A stretch of 64,000 nucleotides of DNA from Camelus dromedarius. Its lineage: Eukaryota. Position numbers and translations under genes: made by a program. The notes beneath the pieces are model-generated. The model saw only the letters and a list, made by a program, of their open reading frames with translations, made no database searches and was not told the origin of the DNA. The DNA is taken from assembly GCF_036321535.1 (NCBI RefSeq), contig NC_087453.1, positions 27,900,001 through 27,964,000 on the forward strand, read 5' to 3'. Positions 26,714 through 38,939 of the stretch are shown in pieces; the stretch's first letter is position 1, and each line of letters opens with the position of its first letter.

Positions 26714-27512
26714 TTTTTTTTAACATTTTTTATTGATTTATAATCATTTTACAATGGTGTGTCAAATTCCAGTGTAGAGCACAATTTTTCAGTTATACAT
26801 GAACATATATATATATTCATTGTCACATTCCTTTCTCTGTGAGCTACCATAAGATCTTGTATATATTTCCCTGTGCTATACAGTATAATCTTGTTTATCT
26901 ATTCTACAATTTTGAAATCCCAGTCTATCTCTTCCCACCCCCCGCCCCCTTGGCAACCACAAGTTTGTATTCTATGTCTGTGAGTCTATTTCTGNNNNNN
27001 NNNNNNNNNNNNNNNNNNNNNNNNNNNNNNNNNNNNNNNNNNNNNNNNNNNNNNNNNNNNNNNNNNNNNNNNNNNNNNNNNNNNNNNNNNNNNNNNNNNN
27101 NNNNNNNNNNNNNNNNNNNNNNNNNNNNNNNNNNCAGGAGCATCCATGTTGCTGCAAATGNNNNNNNNNNNNNNNNNNNNNNNNNNNNNNNNNNNNNNNN
27201 NNNNNNNNNNNNNNNNNNNNNNNNNNNNNNNNNNNNNNNNNNNNNNNNNNNNNNNNNNNNNNNNNNNNNNNNNNNNNNNNNNNNNNNNNNNNNNNNNNNN
27301 NNNNNNNNNNNNNNNTGAAGTAGGGTTCTTTCTGGATATAAGCCCAGGAGTGGGATTACTGGGTCATACAGTAAGTCTATTCCTAGTCTTTTGAGGAATC
27401 TCCATACTGTTTTCCACAGTGGCTGCACCAAACTGCATTCCCACCAGCCGTGAAGGAGGGTTCCCCTTTCTCCACAGCCTTTCCAGCATTTGTCATTTGT
27501 GGATTTTTGAAT
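26714..27512 (-). mobile_element. Young camelid L1 (L1_Vpa-like), 5'-truncated at 799 bp, antisense, partly N-masked
   Basis: Perfect 12-bp TSD ctgattcaccta at 26702-26713 and 27513-27524; minus-strand ORF2 C-terminal text [36 protein letters not shown] in ORF 26925..27521. Confidence 0.95.
26995..27316. other. N runs 26995-27134 and 27161-27316 inside the young L1
   Basis: N blocks separated by the 26-nt L1 island caggagcatccatgttgctgcaaatg. Confidence 0.99.
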
Positions 27513-28107
27513 CTGATTCACCTAACTCTTGCTTTTTTTTTTTTTTTAACTGATTTTAATCTAAGCTAAAAGTTATGTTAAGATCTTCGACTCCTATGAA
27601 ATAGTAAAGGTAGAGAAGATAACCCAAAGATTATGTTAATTGACCTATAGGACTTTAACCAGGTTTATATTCAATTTAGCAGTATTTTATAGGTTTGGAG
27701 GTTTTCATTTTTGTTTTGTTGGGGTTGGTGACACATGTATATGTATGTGTCAGTGTTTCATAGTCTCCTGTGTATCACATTTGTCATCTTCCTGATTTCC
27801 TCATTAATGAGTTAAATAAAAGTTTGACACGTGTTCTTTGGCACGTTGCAGAGTATAACTTGATCTGAATTATAATATCCTCATTTGAGAATAACAAATA
27901 GCTTGTATAGCCCCACATTTCTGTCCCGTACCCAGGAGAGATGTCAAAATTAATCACAAGCATGGTTCAGAATCTTTCTCAACGCAAGTGCCCAGAAGGC
28001 ACCAGAGGCAATACATGGAAATCGATGCTAAAGTTAAACGAATTTGTCATCCCTGCCCTATTGGCATATGTTTTGTTTCAATTGCTTTTAAAAGCTGCTG
28101 ATCATGT

Positions 28108-28550
28108 TGTAGCGAGAGGTTCTTGTCTTGTCGCAGAAAGAATTCAGAAACAAGACACGGAGGTCAGGAAAGCAAAGCAAGGATTTATTAGTATGCTCTC
28201 AAGGAAAGAGCAGGCAGACCCAGGTGGGTAGCTGCCCCGAGTTTCCTAGCAAGCTCGTTATATGGCTGTAAAAATGACTGGGCAGAATATTCATTGGCAG
28301 GGAGGGGTTTGGGTTCATCTTTCCTGATCTTCATCCCAGATCCACCTTCCCAGGTGGACAGGAAGGATTTTTTGTCCTTATTTAGTCTTGATCAGGAAGT
28401 TGGATGAAGTCATAATGAACAAAAGGTTACATTCAGATGGTGGGGTATCATAAGCAAAAGGTTACATTTGGACAGAGGGCGTAATGATCGAAAGGTTGCA
28501 TTCAGATGTTGGGGACTCCTGTCCTGTCCCACCCTTCTGCCTCCAGGACA
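28108..28550 (-). mobile_element. Solo ERV1-like LTR, antisense, with three 35-bp U3 repeats
   Basis: TG...CA ends; minus-strand CCAAT (28293-28297), ATATAA (28258-28263) and AATAAA (28184-28189); flanks catgt and cttgt. Confidence 0.75.
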
Positions 28551-28892
28551 CTTGTCAACCCAGAATTATGAATTTTTATCAGTCTGGAGGATCCTGTGAT
28601 TGCATCTTCACGAAAGAATGAACACACACACATGCACACTTTTTTTTTTTTTCTGGAAGCATACACACCAAGATTTTAATAATAATTACCTCAGAAGAAA
28701 GAGTGAAGATGTTCAGGAGAGTTTCAGTTTTCCTCTCTGATCGTGTCATTTCGTAACTTTTCTTGAGTGAACATACACCACTTTTATATTAATACAAAAC
28801 TTTTTCAACAACAGAAGAAGAAATATCGCACTCCAGCATTAACTTGCAAGATCTCTAGTCCTCACTAATGCCCTGGTGGTTATTTTTGTCTG

Positions 28893-28924
28893 TTTGTTTG
28901 TTTGTTTGTTTGTTTGTTTGTTTG
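28893..28924 (+). repeat. (TTTG)8 microsatellite
   Basis: Read directly. Confidence 0.97.
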
Positions 28925-29710
28925 TTTTTTGAGGCTTTGATTTTTAAGGTTGAAGAAACAAACTATGGTGATGAAACAAAATCATGAAGATGGCCCCCCT
29001 CTCTGTTTTATATAAAGATTACTTTCATGAAGATAAATAATTAGCTGAGTATTTAGCATTAGTCACCTCAGAAAGGTTACAACAAAAGAAAAATTCTAAC
29101 TAGAATCTGAGTAAACTGAAGTGTGAGTCATATTTCTCTCATTTGAAGTCTAGTCATTCTAAATAAGAAATTTAAAGACCTGGTTTTTATAAGCATTCAA
29201 TTATTTAGCCCTCAGTTCTGGTCATCTTTATTTTCTGTTTCAGATAAAAAGATTATTATTTGAAAATATTCTCACTCTATTTCAAATAATAAAACCACTT
29301 GTGAATAACATTTTTGATAAGTAACATATTTTTATAATAGAACATTGGGAAGTTCATCTCTAATTCTGTCGCTGAGAGATAAACACTGATGGTGTCGATG
29401 CAAAAAGTTGATAACCATTCTTAGACTTAAAAATAGGAGATTGATGTTTAGGTATTTAAATCCTCTGAAAGTCTGTGAGATTCATGTAACCACAGTTTTC
29501 TCTATTATTTCTGGCATTTGGAGACAATTGTAATGAAGTAGCATGATCCTAGACTACTGTTTTCACATATTAAATTGCAACTGGGGCTACTGTCTTCTAC
29601 TTTGGAAGCTACCAGAGTTTTCTGGGGGAAAAAAAAAAGTTAAGCCCATGATACCAGAAACCCACAAAAGTAATACATTCACATTCTTCTTAACTCTTCA
29701 TTTCCTCCAG

Positions 29711-29857
29711 GACAGATATCAGTGGACGGATTTATGCGCTACCTGAGTGGGGAAGAAAACGGAGTCGTTTCACCTGAGAAACTGGACTTGAATGAAGATA
29801 TGTCTCAGCCCCTTTCTCACTATTTCATTAACTCCTCACACAACACCTACCTCACAG
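29711..29857 (+). CDS. PLCB1: PLCB1 exon 10 (147 nt), start of catalytic X box with H331: (G)[48 protein letters not shown](A)
   Basis: Acceptor tttcctccag|GA, donor CAG|gtatgg; contains the PI-PLC signature SSHNTYL. Confidence 0.99.
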
Positions 29858-30779
29858 GTATGGAATTGATGGTTCTTTGACAGTTACTTTAGCCGGTCTC
29901 ACCAAATTTCACCAGCCTCTGTTCACGGTGGTTCAGAAGGGAAGGCATACTTCCCTTCACTTCCTGTGAAAAGCCTCTGAGAACTGGGGTTCCAGGACCA
30001 GAGATACCACCCACAAGCAGTAATGTCGTTTCTTCTCAGCATGTCTCGGCCCAAGTTGTCAAGTCTTCTAAAATGTATCATGTCTGGTGTCTTCAGACCA
30101 ATGGAATGTTTGTGTAACCGAATTCATTCTTCAGTGAACTTCAAGCCGTTTACAGTCCCCCCCTAGTTCTCTGGACTGTTTTTGTCTACATGAAAAGTTC
30201 TGAAGTCCTGAATAACTTTTGCTCGAGGCATATTAATAATTTTTCTCAAGGTGAATCAGGGCTTTAGATAGAAACAAATTTCCCTCTGACACTTTGTTGT
30301 AAATATTATAATAAAGGAGGAAAAAACAACACTGTGTTTCCTAATTTGGCCCTAAATAGAGCATTGCCATGGTTTTTAGTAAATGGCGAAATAGAAAAAT
30401 ATTAAAACATATGTATAATCTGTATCATCTCAACATAGTTTAGAGTTCAAATTTTTAATGAATACAGGTTACAATAAGTTAAAAATGTTTTGTAATCAAA
30501 ATGCATTTCTTGCAGAACACTCTGATTACTGGCTCTGGAAAGACTTTGTGAAAAAAAAATCTACAGGTTAAAAGGGGGTGGGGCTTTAAAAACCTTATCA
30601 CTCTTGGGCTTCACACAGTCCGTCACTCAAATGAATATATAAGATAGCTAGACCGTAAGACCCACAATGCAACCAAAGTCTGGGGCCTCATTTGGTATCT
30701 GTAAGCTGGAGATGCTCGCCACGCTTAGGGGAAGGTTTTGATGTGCTTGTGGCTCATTGCCGAGGGATGCACGATTTGT

Positions 30780-31150
30780 GTTGGAGGACAGACCGGCAAT
30801 GTTACGTATGTAATGCCAGGGAGATCCAGGCCCTGGATGTTCATGGAGGTGTCCAACAGGATTTCACAGGGTTCAGCCATCTGGCGAATAAGCAGTTCTT
30901 TCTTCTGAATTCCTTAAGAGGGTCCATTCTTCTAGGCACAAATGTATGTTGTGTTGGCATCAAATCCAGCATTGGCCTGGTATCCCACACTTGGTGAAAC
31001 ATGGCTTAGAAGAGAGATGACTCTTGGACAGAGATGGCAACGTGGCCTCTAGACGGCTGCAATGGAGTGTCTCAGGATGATAATCTGTGATCTAGACCAT
31101 CTTGCCATCATACACTCTGAGTTCTGCAGTCAGTCGAGTTGCAGCTTGCA
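30780..31150 (-). mobile_element. Possible ancient RTE-clade (L4/MamRTE-like) reverse-transcriptase remnant
   Basis: Hand translation of the minus strand gives, in RT order across frames and stops: LTAEL..DGKM, SQIIIL, RVISLLSHVS, GYQANAGF, LIRQMAE. Confidence 0.45.
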
Positions 31151-31277
31151 TGTTCTACATGAAAATTGGATGGCTCTCAGGCTACTCGTGGCCTGTTTTG
31201 TTTCAACTGCATTATCTGCTAAGAGAGATTCATACTATAAAACTGATGAGATTCATGTTTGGCTTATCCTAAACCCT

Positions 31278-31850
31278 ACTGTGGTCATCTCTTGTTGCCT
31301 CACCAGTCACACCAAAGCTCAGTGGCATAAAACAGCCACCATTTTATTTTGATCCCTAGTCTATATGTCAAGAATTCAGACAAAGTGCAGAATGGAAAGT
31401 TTGTTTCTGTTCCCTCCTGTCTTGAGCTGCAGCTGGGAAGTGAATGCCTGGGGGTGATACAGACACCTTGGTGTTGGAATCATCTGGCGGCTTCTCCACC
31501 AGCAGGTCTGGCATTTGGGCTGGGGTTACCCAACACCTGGGCTCAGGTAGGATTGTTGACCTGATGGCCTACAAGAGGCTTGGGATTCCTCACAGCATGG
31601 CAGCTCCAGGGTAGGTGGACTTCTTACATGGCAGCTTATAGCTGCAAAAACAAGTGTCCTGAAACATGGAGGAAGTGTAATTGCCTTTTTGAACTTGACC
31701 TCTGAAGTTCTATACTGTCATTCTGTTTATTTCTCAAAACAGTCACAACCCTACCCAGCTTCAAAGGGCTAGGACATAGACCACGGTTCTCGATGGGAGG
31801 AATGTCAAAATATGTTTAACTAGCCCAGTTTTAAAACTACCTCAGGTTTC
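31278..31850 (-). mobile_element. MaLR LTR (MLT1F/G-like)
   Basis: ctcagtggcataaaaca, tggaatcatctggcggcttc, cctcacagcatggcagc, ttgcctttttgaacttgacctctgaagt. Confidence 0.75.
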
Positions 31851-32639
31851 CTAACCTCAAGAAGAGAGTGACCATTTATCCCATTTTCTTGGATTCAGCT
31901 TCTTAGACGTATTATAAAAATGTTGCCACTCCTACTCAAGTTGGTAAGCCTTTGTAAAGGGTGTTTTCCTTCTCAGTGGTTCGTAATCTTATTTGGTTTC
32001 ATTGACCTGTTTGGCAGTCTGGTGAAGCCCACGGACCCTTCTAAGAATGCTAAATACATAAAATAATGTATATAGGCTCCAAAGAGGAAATAAATTCCAT
32101 TGAAATACTTTTATCAAATACTAAAAGACAAATTTGTGATAAAATTGTGTATCTTTTATTAACTCAATTTAAAAATTAGTATAAATAATACATATGATAT
32201 TTACAACAATTGATATATGATATGAAAAGGTCTGTGATTCCTATTGGTTAACAGAGTCATGGTCCTGCTAATAATACAGTGATTTGTGACTGCATTCACA
32301 ACTGAAGGGAATGTTAAATTGCACATAGTGGTTTGAGTTAAAGATGTAATCTTCTTTCTTATCCAAGTTTGAGGAGGTCTATAGAACCTCAAGTGAGGAA
32401 TCTAGATCTTTGACTTGATAGGATCCTAAGAAAAAATAACTTTAAAGAAGTTGGCACATGTTGGAATCTTGCATTATTCATATGCTTAGAACCACTCTTA
32501 AAAATACTTAATGTATGTTCAGTTAAATTTTGGACGTTGTATGTGATTTCATCTATCTGAAAGTCACAATATGCAGTAATTTTACCGAAAGTCCTTTTTA
32601 AGTCCAAAAATGAATATATTTACATCCATTAATATCTAT

Positions 32640-33770
32640 ATTATTTGCCATATAATTAGTAAGGTTATGATACCAAAATAACTGGATGAGAAGATTGACT
32701 GGATATACATTCTATTCTTTTTACCTTCTTTCAGAATATATTAATTTTTTTCTTCCTGCATATCATTATGAACTTAACAGTTTTCAGATTTTATGTGGGT
32801 TCACTCAACCACAGCCACTAGTCTCCTTTTAATGTTCAAGTTGTCTTGGTCAGTGGAAGCGTTTTCTAGGCTGGCTTCTCTCTTCTCTTGACATGACTCA
32901 TTGATCTTTGAAAATGTCCCTACTTCCTGGCACATAAAGATCACCTAGGCTCACCCTGTTCCTTTCTGCACCACGCGTGGAATCAGACTTTCCCCCCAGT
33001 GAGCCTTTGTTCCTTTTAGTGTGAAAAAATTGTGTCTGGGTAACTGGAGTTTGAACCCTGTGCAATGGAATGTTCTTTCTGGACCATTTCAGTGACCAGA
33101 GCAAGCAAAGATTTTTTTTTTCCTCTTGTTAAGGCACAAGGGTTCACACAAATATTTCTGCTCCTGTCTTCCAAGTTTAAATTCTTGATTCTATAGCTGT
33201 GCTTCAGTGATCAATCTCGATACCTAGCAAATTACATGTAATTACTCATTTGCTTTATTCACAACACAATAATAGCGCCCAGAAATTTATTCAATATTAA
33301 TACAAACAATAAAACTACAGAATACTGTTCAATTTTTCTCAGCAGTTATTTTTTTTTAAACTGCATTTTACTAAGGATTTTTAGTCCAGTTAATTTCTCC
33401 CAGAATCACTCATTTGCCCACCCTCTGAATAACCCAGTAACCACATATGTGGTAAAGAATTCTGCTCTACTGTGTCAGTTTGGTTTGGGGTGTTAGCATA
33501 TTTAATGGCTAATAGTTTTCAGAAGATAGAGCTTTCAGCTACTAAAAAAGAGAAGAGTCCGCTCTATTTTTTGTTGAAAAAGGAACTCAAATAGTTGTGT
33601 TCAAATTTCTGTACAATGATTTCCTGTCACCACCACCTGATATACATGATTTTTGACCAAATGACCCAACTCTCTCCCCAATTTTTAAATTTCTAATTGT
33701 ATTAGGATTCACATATTTTCAAATATTCAATTTTTAAAACTATGTTACCTATGTTAGATCATATTCTGAT
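32640..33770 (-). mobile_element. Old L1MC/MD-type 3' UTR fragments
   Basis: ttcctggcacataaagatcacctaggctcacc...ggaatcagac...gagcctttgttccttttagtg resembles the L1MC4 3' end. Confidence 0.55.
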
Positions 33771-33785
33771 GTTTAAGGTTTTTTT

Positions 33786-33870
33786 CTTTTTTTATTGAAG
33801 TGTAGTTGGTTTACAATGTTGTGTTAATTTCTGGTCTACAGCATAGTGATTCAGTTACAAATATGTGTGT

Positions 33871-33908
<38 letters not shown>

Positions 33909-34223
33909 ATATATATATTCCTTTCATGTTCTTTATCATCATAGGCTATTACAAGGTATTGAGTTTAGTTCCCTGTGCTGTACAGTAGGACCTTGTTGTT
34001 TATCAACTTTATATACAGCAGTTAGTATCTGCAAATCCTTAACTCTCAGTTTATCCCTCCACCCAATCCTCTTCCCCTCTGATAACCATAAGTTTGTTTT
34101 CTATGTCTGTGAGTCTGTGTCTGTTTTGTAATTAAGTTCATTTGTGTCGTTTTTTTAGATTCCACATATAAGTGATATCGTATGGTATTTTTCTTTTCCT
34201 TTCTGGCTTACTTCACTTAGTAG
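33786..34223 (-). mobile_element. 5'-truncated cetartiodactyl L1 3' end, antisense
   Basis: attgaagtgtagttggtttacaatgttgtgtt...tacagtaggaccttgttg...ctggcttacttcacttag; TSD ggttttttt at 33777-33785 and 34224-34232, followed by AAA. Confidence 0.93.
33864..33903 (+). repeat. (TG)5 TC (TG)14 microsatellite inside the L1 3' UTR
   Basis: Read directly. Confidence 0.97.
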
Positions 34224-35688
34224 GGTTTTTTTAAACTTATCTTGCTCACTTTTCTGAACTAAATATTTTCATACCAAGGTTTGCACTTTGTAAATCCCCA
34301 TTCTCACAGTATTACCTTGTCCCAGTACCAAAGTCTCTTATTTTCCTGCAGGAGAATTAAGAAGAAATCTATATAATTAACTTAAAAAACTACATGTAAA
34401 TTCTAATGTAGGCTCTTGAGGTTTTGCATGAAATCTTCTTTTGACTAACAGGTAAAATTTGGATTAACTTCATATGATATTATTAGTATCCTTGTTTTAA
34501 TTATAGATAAACCTAATGTGGAACTCATCTCTGAGACCTTCAGGTAAATATAAACATCTATAACATGGAAATTCAGACTCTGCAGATCCAATTAAGAATA
34601 TTACAAAATAAAATTATAACCAAGCTATAACCCAACAGAATCCAATTAAATCTTAAAATCAATACCTAGAAAATGTTAGATTTTATATTTTACAAGCAGT
34701 TCCAGAACAAGAAAAGAAACTTTTTCTATAGAAATATTATTTCATAGAAGGACTATTTGGTGGAAAAAGAAAAGTTTTCTTATTCAAACAAGTTTTTAAA
34801 ATCCCTGATATAAACAAGGTTGGCACAGATTACAGATTCACGGTCGGTAAGGCTGTGACCAACACTCACCCCTCCCCTAAAATGACCAACCTACTTATTT
34901 TCTTGGAGCATTTTAAGAACCAGTATTCCTGAGAAATGCCAGTCTAAATTCAAATAAAGAGAATTCAAACGTTTGGAATGTTTGGAGCATCCAAAGGAAC
35001 TGTAAAAATTAAATACACAGTATCAAAACTGATCACTTCAGCAATTTATTATTATGTCTATTTCTCTGCTCATTAGTGCTTTGTTGACTATCAAGACACC
35101 CAGAAGGAAAAATAAAATTGGATCATTGAGAGAAATATGTGCACAGAATGAGTTGATTTTTAATTATGATGGTCATTTTCTAGGGTTTGGGGTAGATTTG
35201 GCAGTACATCAAGTAGTGATTATGTTTTAAATTACTGTTTTTCCTTGAAGAATCTACCCTTGTGACTCAAAACAAGATTCTCTCAGGACTGAACAGTGTG
35301 CATTCATTTCAACCTACACTTTGTCAGCCTGTCATAAATCTTCTCTTACTCCAAACCGTTGGGGAGATAATGACTCCATATATTCAGGAAAAGCAAAGTG
35401 GCATATCTCTGAATAATTAACATTTTTATTCAGCTTGGGAAATAAAACATTAGATTTGAGGTTTTAGTTCTCTCTCTGATGAATTAAACTGATTATTCAA
35501 CTCTTCTCCTCAGGTGTGTGTTCTTGGCTGCAAAAAAAGTTCTAAAAATGGTAGAGTTTTACCCTTTTGCCCTCATCCGTCATCCACTATGACCCCAGGC
35601 TTGGTGTCACTCCCTTCCTTCCCATTTCTTGTACTCATTTAGTCCTTAGCACATGCAACCTCTTATAATTTATTTTTCTTTTAAAGCA

Positions 35689-36231
35689 TACACAGACCTA
35701 TGGAAGTTGGGGATTAGGTAGAAAGGAAAGAAGTTAAGCTTAGCAAATAAAGAGGCCAAGTTTAAATTTGCCTTTAACTAAATTAACTCTTCTAAGCCTT
35801 AATTTCTTCCTTTGTAAAATGAAAGTAGGTTGAAACAGCCAGGATATTTGGGGCTATACATGAGAGGATCCTCTTACTGAATGGCTGAAACATTAAAGAA
35901 CTGATTATCTCACACAGTACGAAGTCCAGAACCAGAGCTGTTACAGGTTGATTAAATCAGGATCCATTGATGCCATCAGAGACCCAGATGCTTTCCATCT
36001 TTTTGCTCTTCTTGTGGTTCCAAGGTGACTGTGCACCCTGAGCATTGCCTCCCTAAGAGATAAGATCCACCATGTGGCACAGGGAGGGTCCCTGTCTTGT
36101 GGCCCTTTGCTTGAGTGAGCTTTCTCCTACCCCATCCAGTAGACTTTCCTTTACACCCCATTGGATGTTGGCCAGAGTTACACCACAGCCTACACAGACC
36201 TATGGAAGTTGGGGATTAGGTAGAAAGGAAA
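35689..36231 (+). repeat. Perfect 41-bp direct repeat pair (35689-35729 and 36191-36231)
   Basis: tacacagacctatggaagttggggattaggtagaaaggaaa occurs identically twice, 502 bp apart. Confidence 0.97.
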
Positions 36232-36330
36232 TTAAGCAATATCATGGGCCATAGAACTACTGTGACTGGCTGCTAAGAATTAAGATTCACCCCCAGGGGA
36301 CCCTGAAGCATATGAGAATCTAAATAGCAT
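35835..36330 (-). mobile_element. MaLR LTR (MLT1J-like)
   Basis: gatgccatcagagacccagatgctttccatct, cagtagactttcc, ttggccagag, tgactggct...aagattcaccccc. Confidence 0.7.
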
Positions 36331-37690
36331 ATTCTGTTGGCAAGGAAAAAAAAGGGGCAACCAGCATTCTAATATGTGGGTGAAGGTGTAAAATCCCTGG
36401 CAAGAAGAACCTTCTCCTTTATCAGTACTTGCCTCTCCACCTAGATGATGAGGGTAAGAACTATGTCTTGTGTCATTTTTAATCCGAAGCAACCAGTATT
36501 TTGCCTCCCACAGATGTTGTGTTTCAGAATGTGAACAGATCCTTCTGTAAGTAAGGCTTTTGATTAAAGTTCTTTTCCCATCTACTTAAACCATCCCATG
36601 GTGATTGAATCCATGTTCAAAAGAGTTTTGTGATCTCACTGGGGCAGCAGGCAGGCAGTATGGAAGAGAGAGACCAGATCAAACTTATGCCCTTGAGACA
36701 GTCAAGGTGAACAGCACATCCTCTGTATTTTGGATACTTCCGTTAAGTGTAGCTGTTGAATGATGTGACCTGAAAGGCTGACGCAGCATTAAAAACAAGG
36801 AGAAATGGTCTCCATCTCCATTTATTGAAGGAGACAGTGCTTACTGAAGAAAGCTACTGACTTAACAAATTTTTCAGGTTCTGGAAACTTCTTACCCTGG
36901 AGATCGACGAGAAGACAATAAAAAATGATAAATATAAACATAGGCAATTAATCGTCATACTCTGCAAGATGAGAAACTTCTCAGAAGCCTGCGTTAGTAG
37001 AAGGATTGCTATTTTCAATTTTCTGTTCTCTTCCATCCATGGATGCCTTGGGTAACATGAGCCAAAGCTCAAGTGAATGTCGCCCAGCTGCCCAAAACGA
37101 ATGCAGTCAAGTGAGAAGTTGCAGAGCTATGACTTGGGGCAGTATTCTGAATTAATCTGAGATGGAGCTTCAGTTCCAAAGTTGGCTTGGAATCATGGGC
37201 TTGGAATGTACTCTAGAGGGTGTTCACAGCCAGGCAGAGATGATGTCAGATACTAGTTTCAGAAACAACAAGGGTTGAGTGACTCATGACATATCATTAA
37301 TCCTAACCCACAGCAATCCCTTGGCCCCAGAAGCTGTATTTATTGGATTTAATCAAATGGAAATGTCATGGGTGGTTGGGATGTAATAATGAGAAGTAGG
37401 AATTTTAGGGAAGAAAAATAAGCCAGTTTTGAGATTTTAAGCAGAAAAGGAAAGAGTAATGGAGAATACTAATACACATATTTGGAAAAAATCTCCATCC
37501 GTGAAGGAAAACACACAGAGAACCTAATGTGCATTTGAAGCAACAGGACAATTATGGATAAATGTGAGTTTTCTGATGGTTTCTTTGGGAGATTTCCATT
37601 TTTGATACAGATTATATATTTTAAGAATGAATAAATTTACCTTAGAGGAATTCTTTTGGGCTTAGATGTTGGAAAATAAACACAACACAA

Positions 37691-37711
37691 ACACACACAC
37701 ACACACACACA
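37691..37711 (+). repeat. (AC)10 microsatellite
   Basis: Read directly. Confidence 0.95.
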
Positions 37712-38939
37712 GACCCTCCCATTCTTAGTTGTTTTTTTTTTCCAGAACCATTTCCATCTCACTAACCCAAACCCATGCCTCATCATGTCTTTCAAAACAG
37801 TAACTGATCAACATTCAAAAAGTACATCAAACTCTATTTTTAATTTGAATGATAAAAATGCAAGCAAATCTAAAGAAATGTTTCTGGAAATTTTTGAATC
37901 TTTCGTGATAGAACACTCTACTGTGGGTCAGGTATTTATCTACCTTCAATCTATCATTAAACGTTATCTAGCTTATAAATCCATGGCAGCTTCCTTTCTG
38001 AAGTGAGTAACACTTAATAAAGTATTAATGAAATTGCACATTATGTATGATATTGGATATAGTCAGCAACACATTTAAACAATTTCCTGGGTAGTATGCA
38101 GAAAATCCGCTCTACTTTTTAATAGCCGTGCTGCTCTCTGCAGGGGCTAGCATTTTTAATGTTAACCTGGTAATTGCTTGAATTCTACATTTCTTTAGCT
38201 AAAGCAGTCCTCCCTTAAGCTTGGGAATAACACATAAATGACTGTCTTCTTGCTTTCACTCCTACTGTCCCCTTTTTCTTAATGCAGCAAAGACCTTTAT
38301 CATAACCAACTTTGAGGCAATTATGAAAGGCAAATTGATTACCTAGCATAAGGAACTTTCTAGATTATTTTGTCAGCATTTCTACTTTTGCAAACACACT
38401 TGTGTGTTTAAAATGCCCTATTTTTCCAGTAAAGAGAAGTGATCATGCAAATGCACTTACTCAGCTTTTCAGTGCATTTACTAGTGCTCTGTAGAACCCA
38501 AGAATGTCACCGTTGTGCTGATATTGGATGTTGTGAATTGCTTATAAAAATAAAATTAAGCCAATAGGTTTAATTCCATTTTCTTTGTCCTGTGTTTCTC
38601 CACGGGGCAGATCTTGTCCATTTCAAAGTCATTTCGACAGTTTTCATCAACATATCATCTTTTAAATGAGTGATAAAAAAGAATGACAGAGGCTTATAGA
38701 GTATAAGTCAGAGAAACTCTTTAATATGGAAAACCAAAAAGTTCCATTTGTGTGTTGATGGTGGGCTTGTCTCAAAAATTATTTACTATTAATCTTTTAA
38801 AAAAATTATCAAGAAATTAGTACCTTCTGTTGACTTAAGTGAAATAGAAATAATTTGACTTCCATTCCCATCCTGAAACTTCTCAGGTGCCTTGATTATT
38901 ATAATTTTCATCCTTTTGCTAGATTATTTCAGTTCTGCT

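Noticed and set aside
28411-28514. CRISPR-like repeat-spacer array
   Set aside because: Eukaryotic intron; the units are diverged tandem LTR repeats without unique spacers or cas genes.
30770-30870. DEAD-box helicase motif V (minus-strand ILLDTSMNIQGLDLPGITYV)
   Set aside because: No other helicase motifs are nearby and there are flanking stops; the wider region fits a decayed non-LTR RT better.
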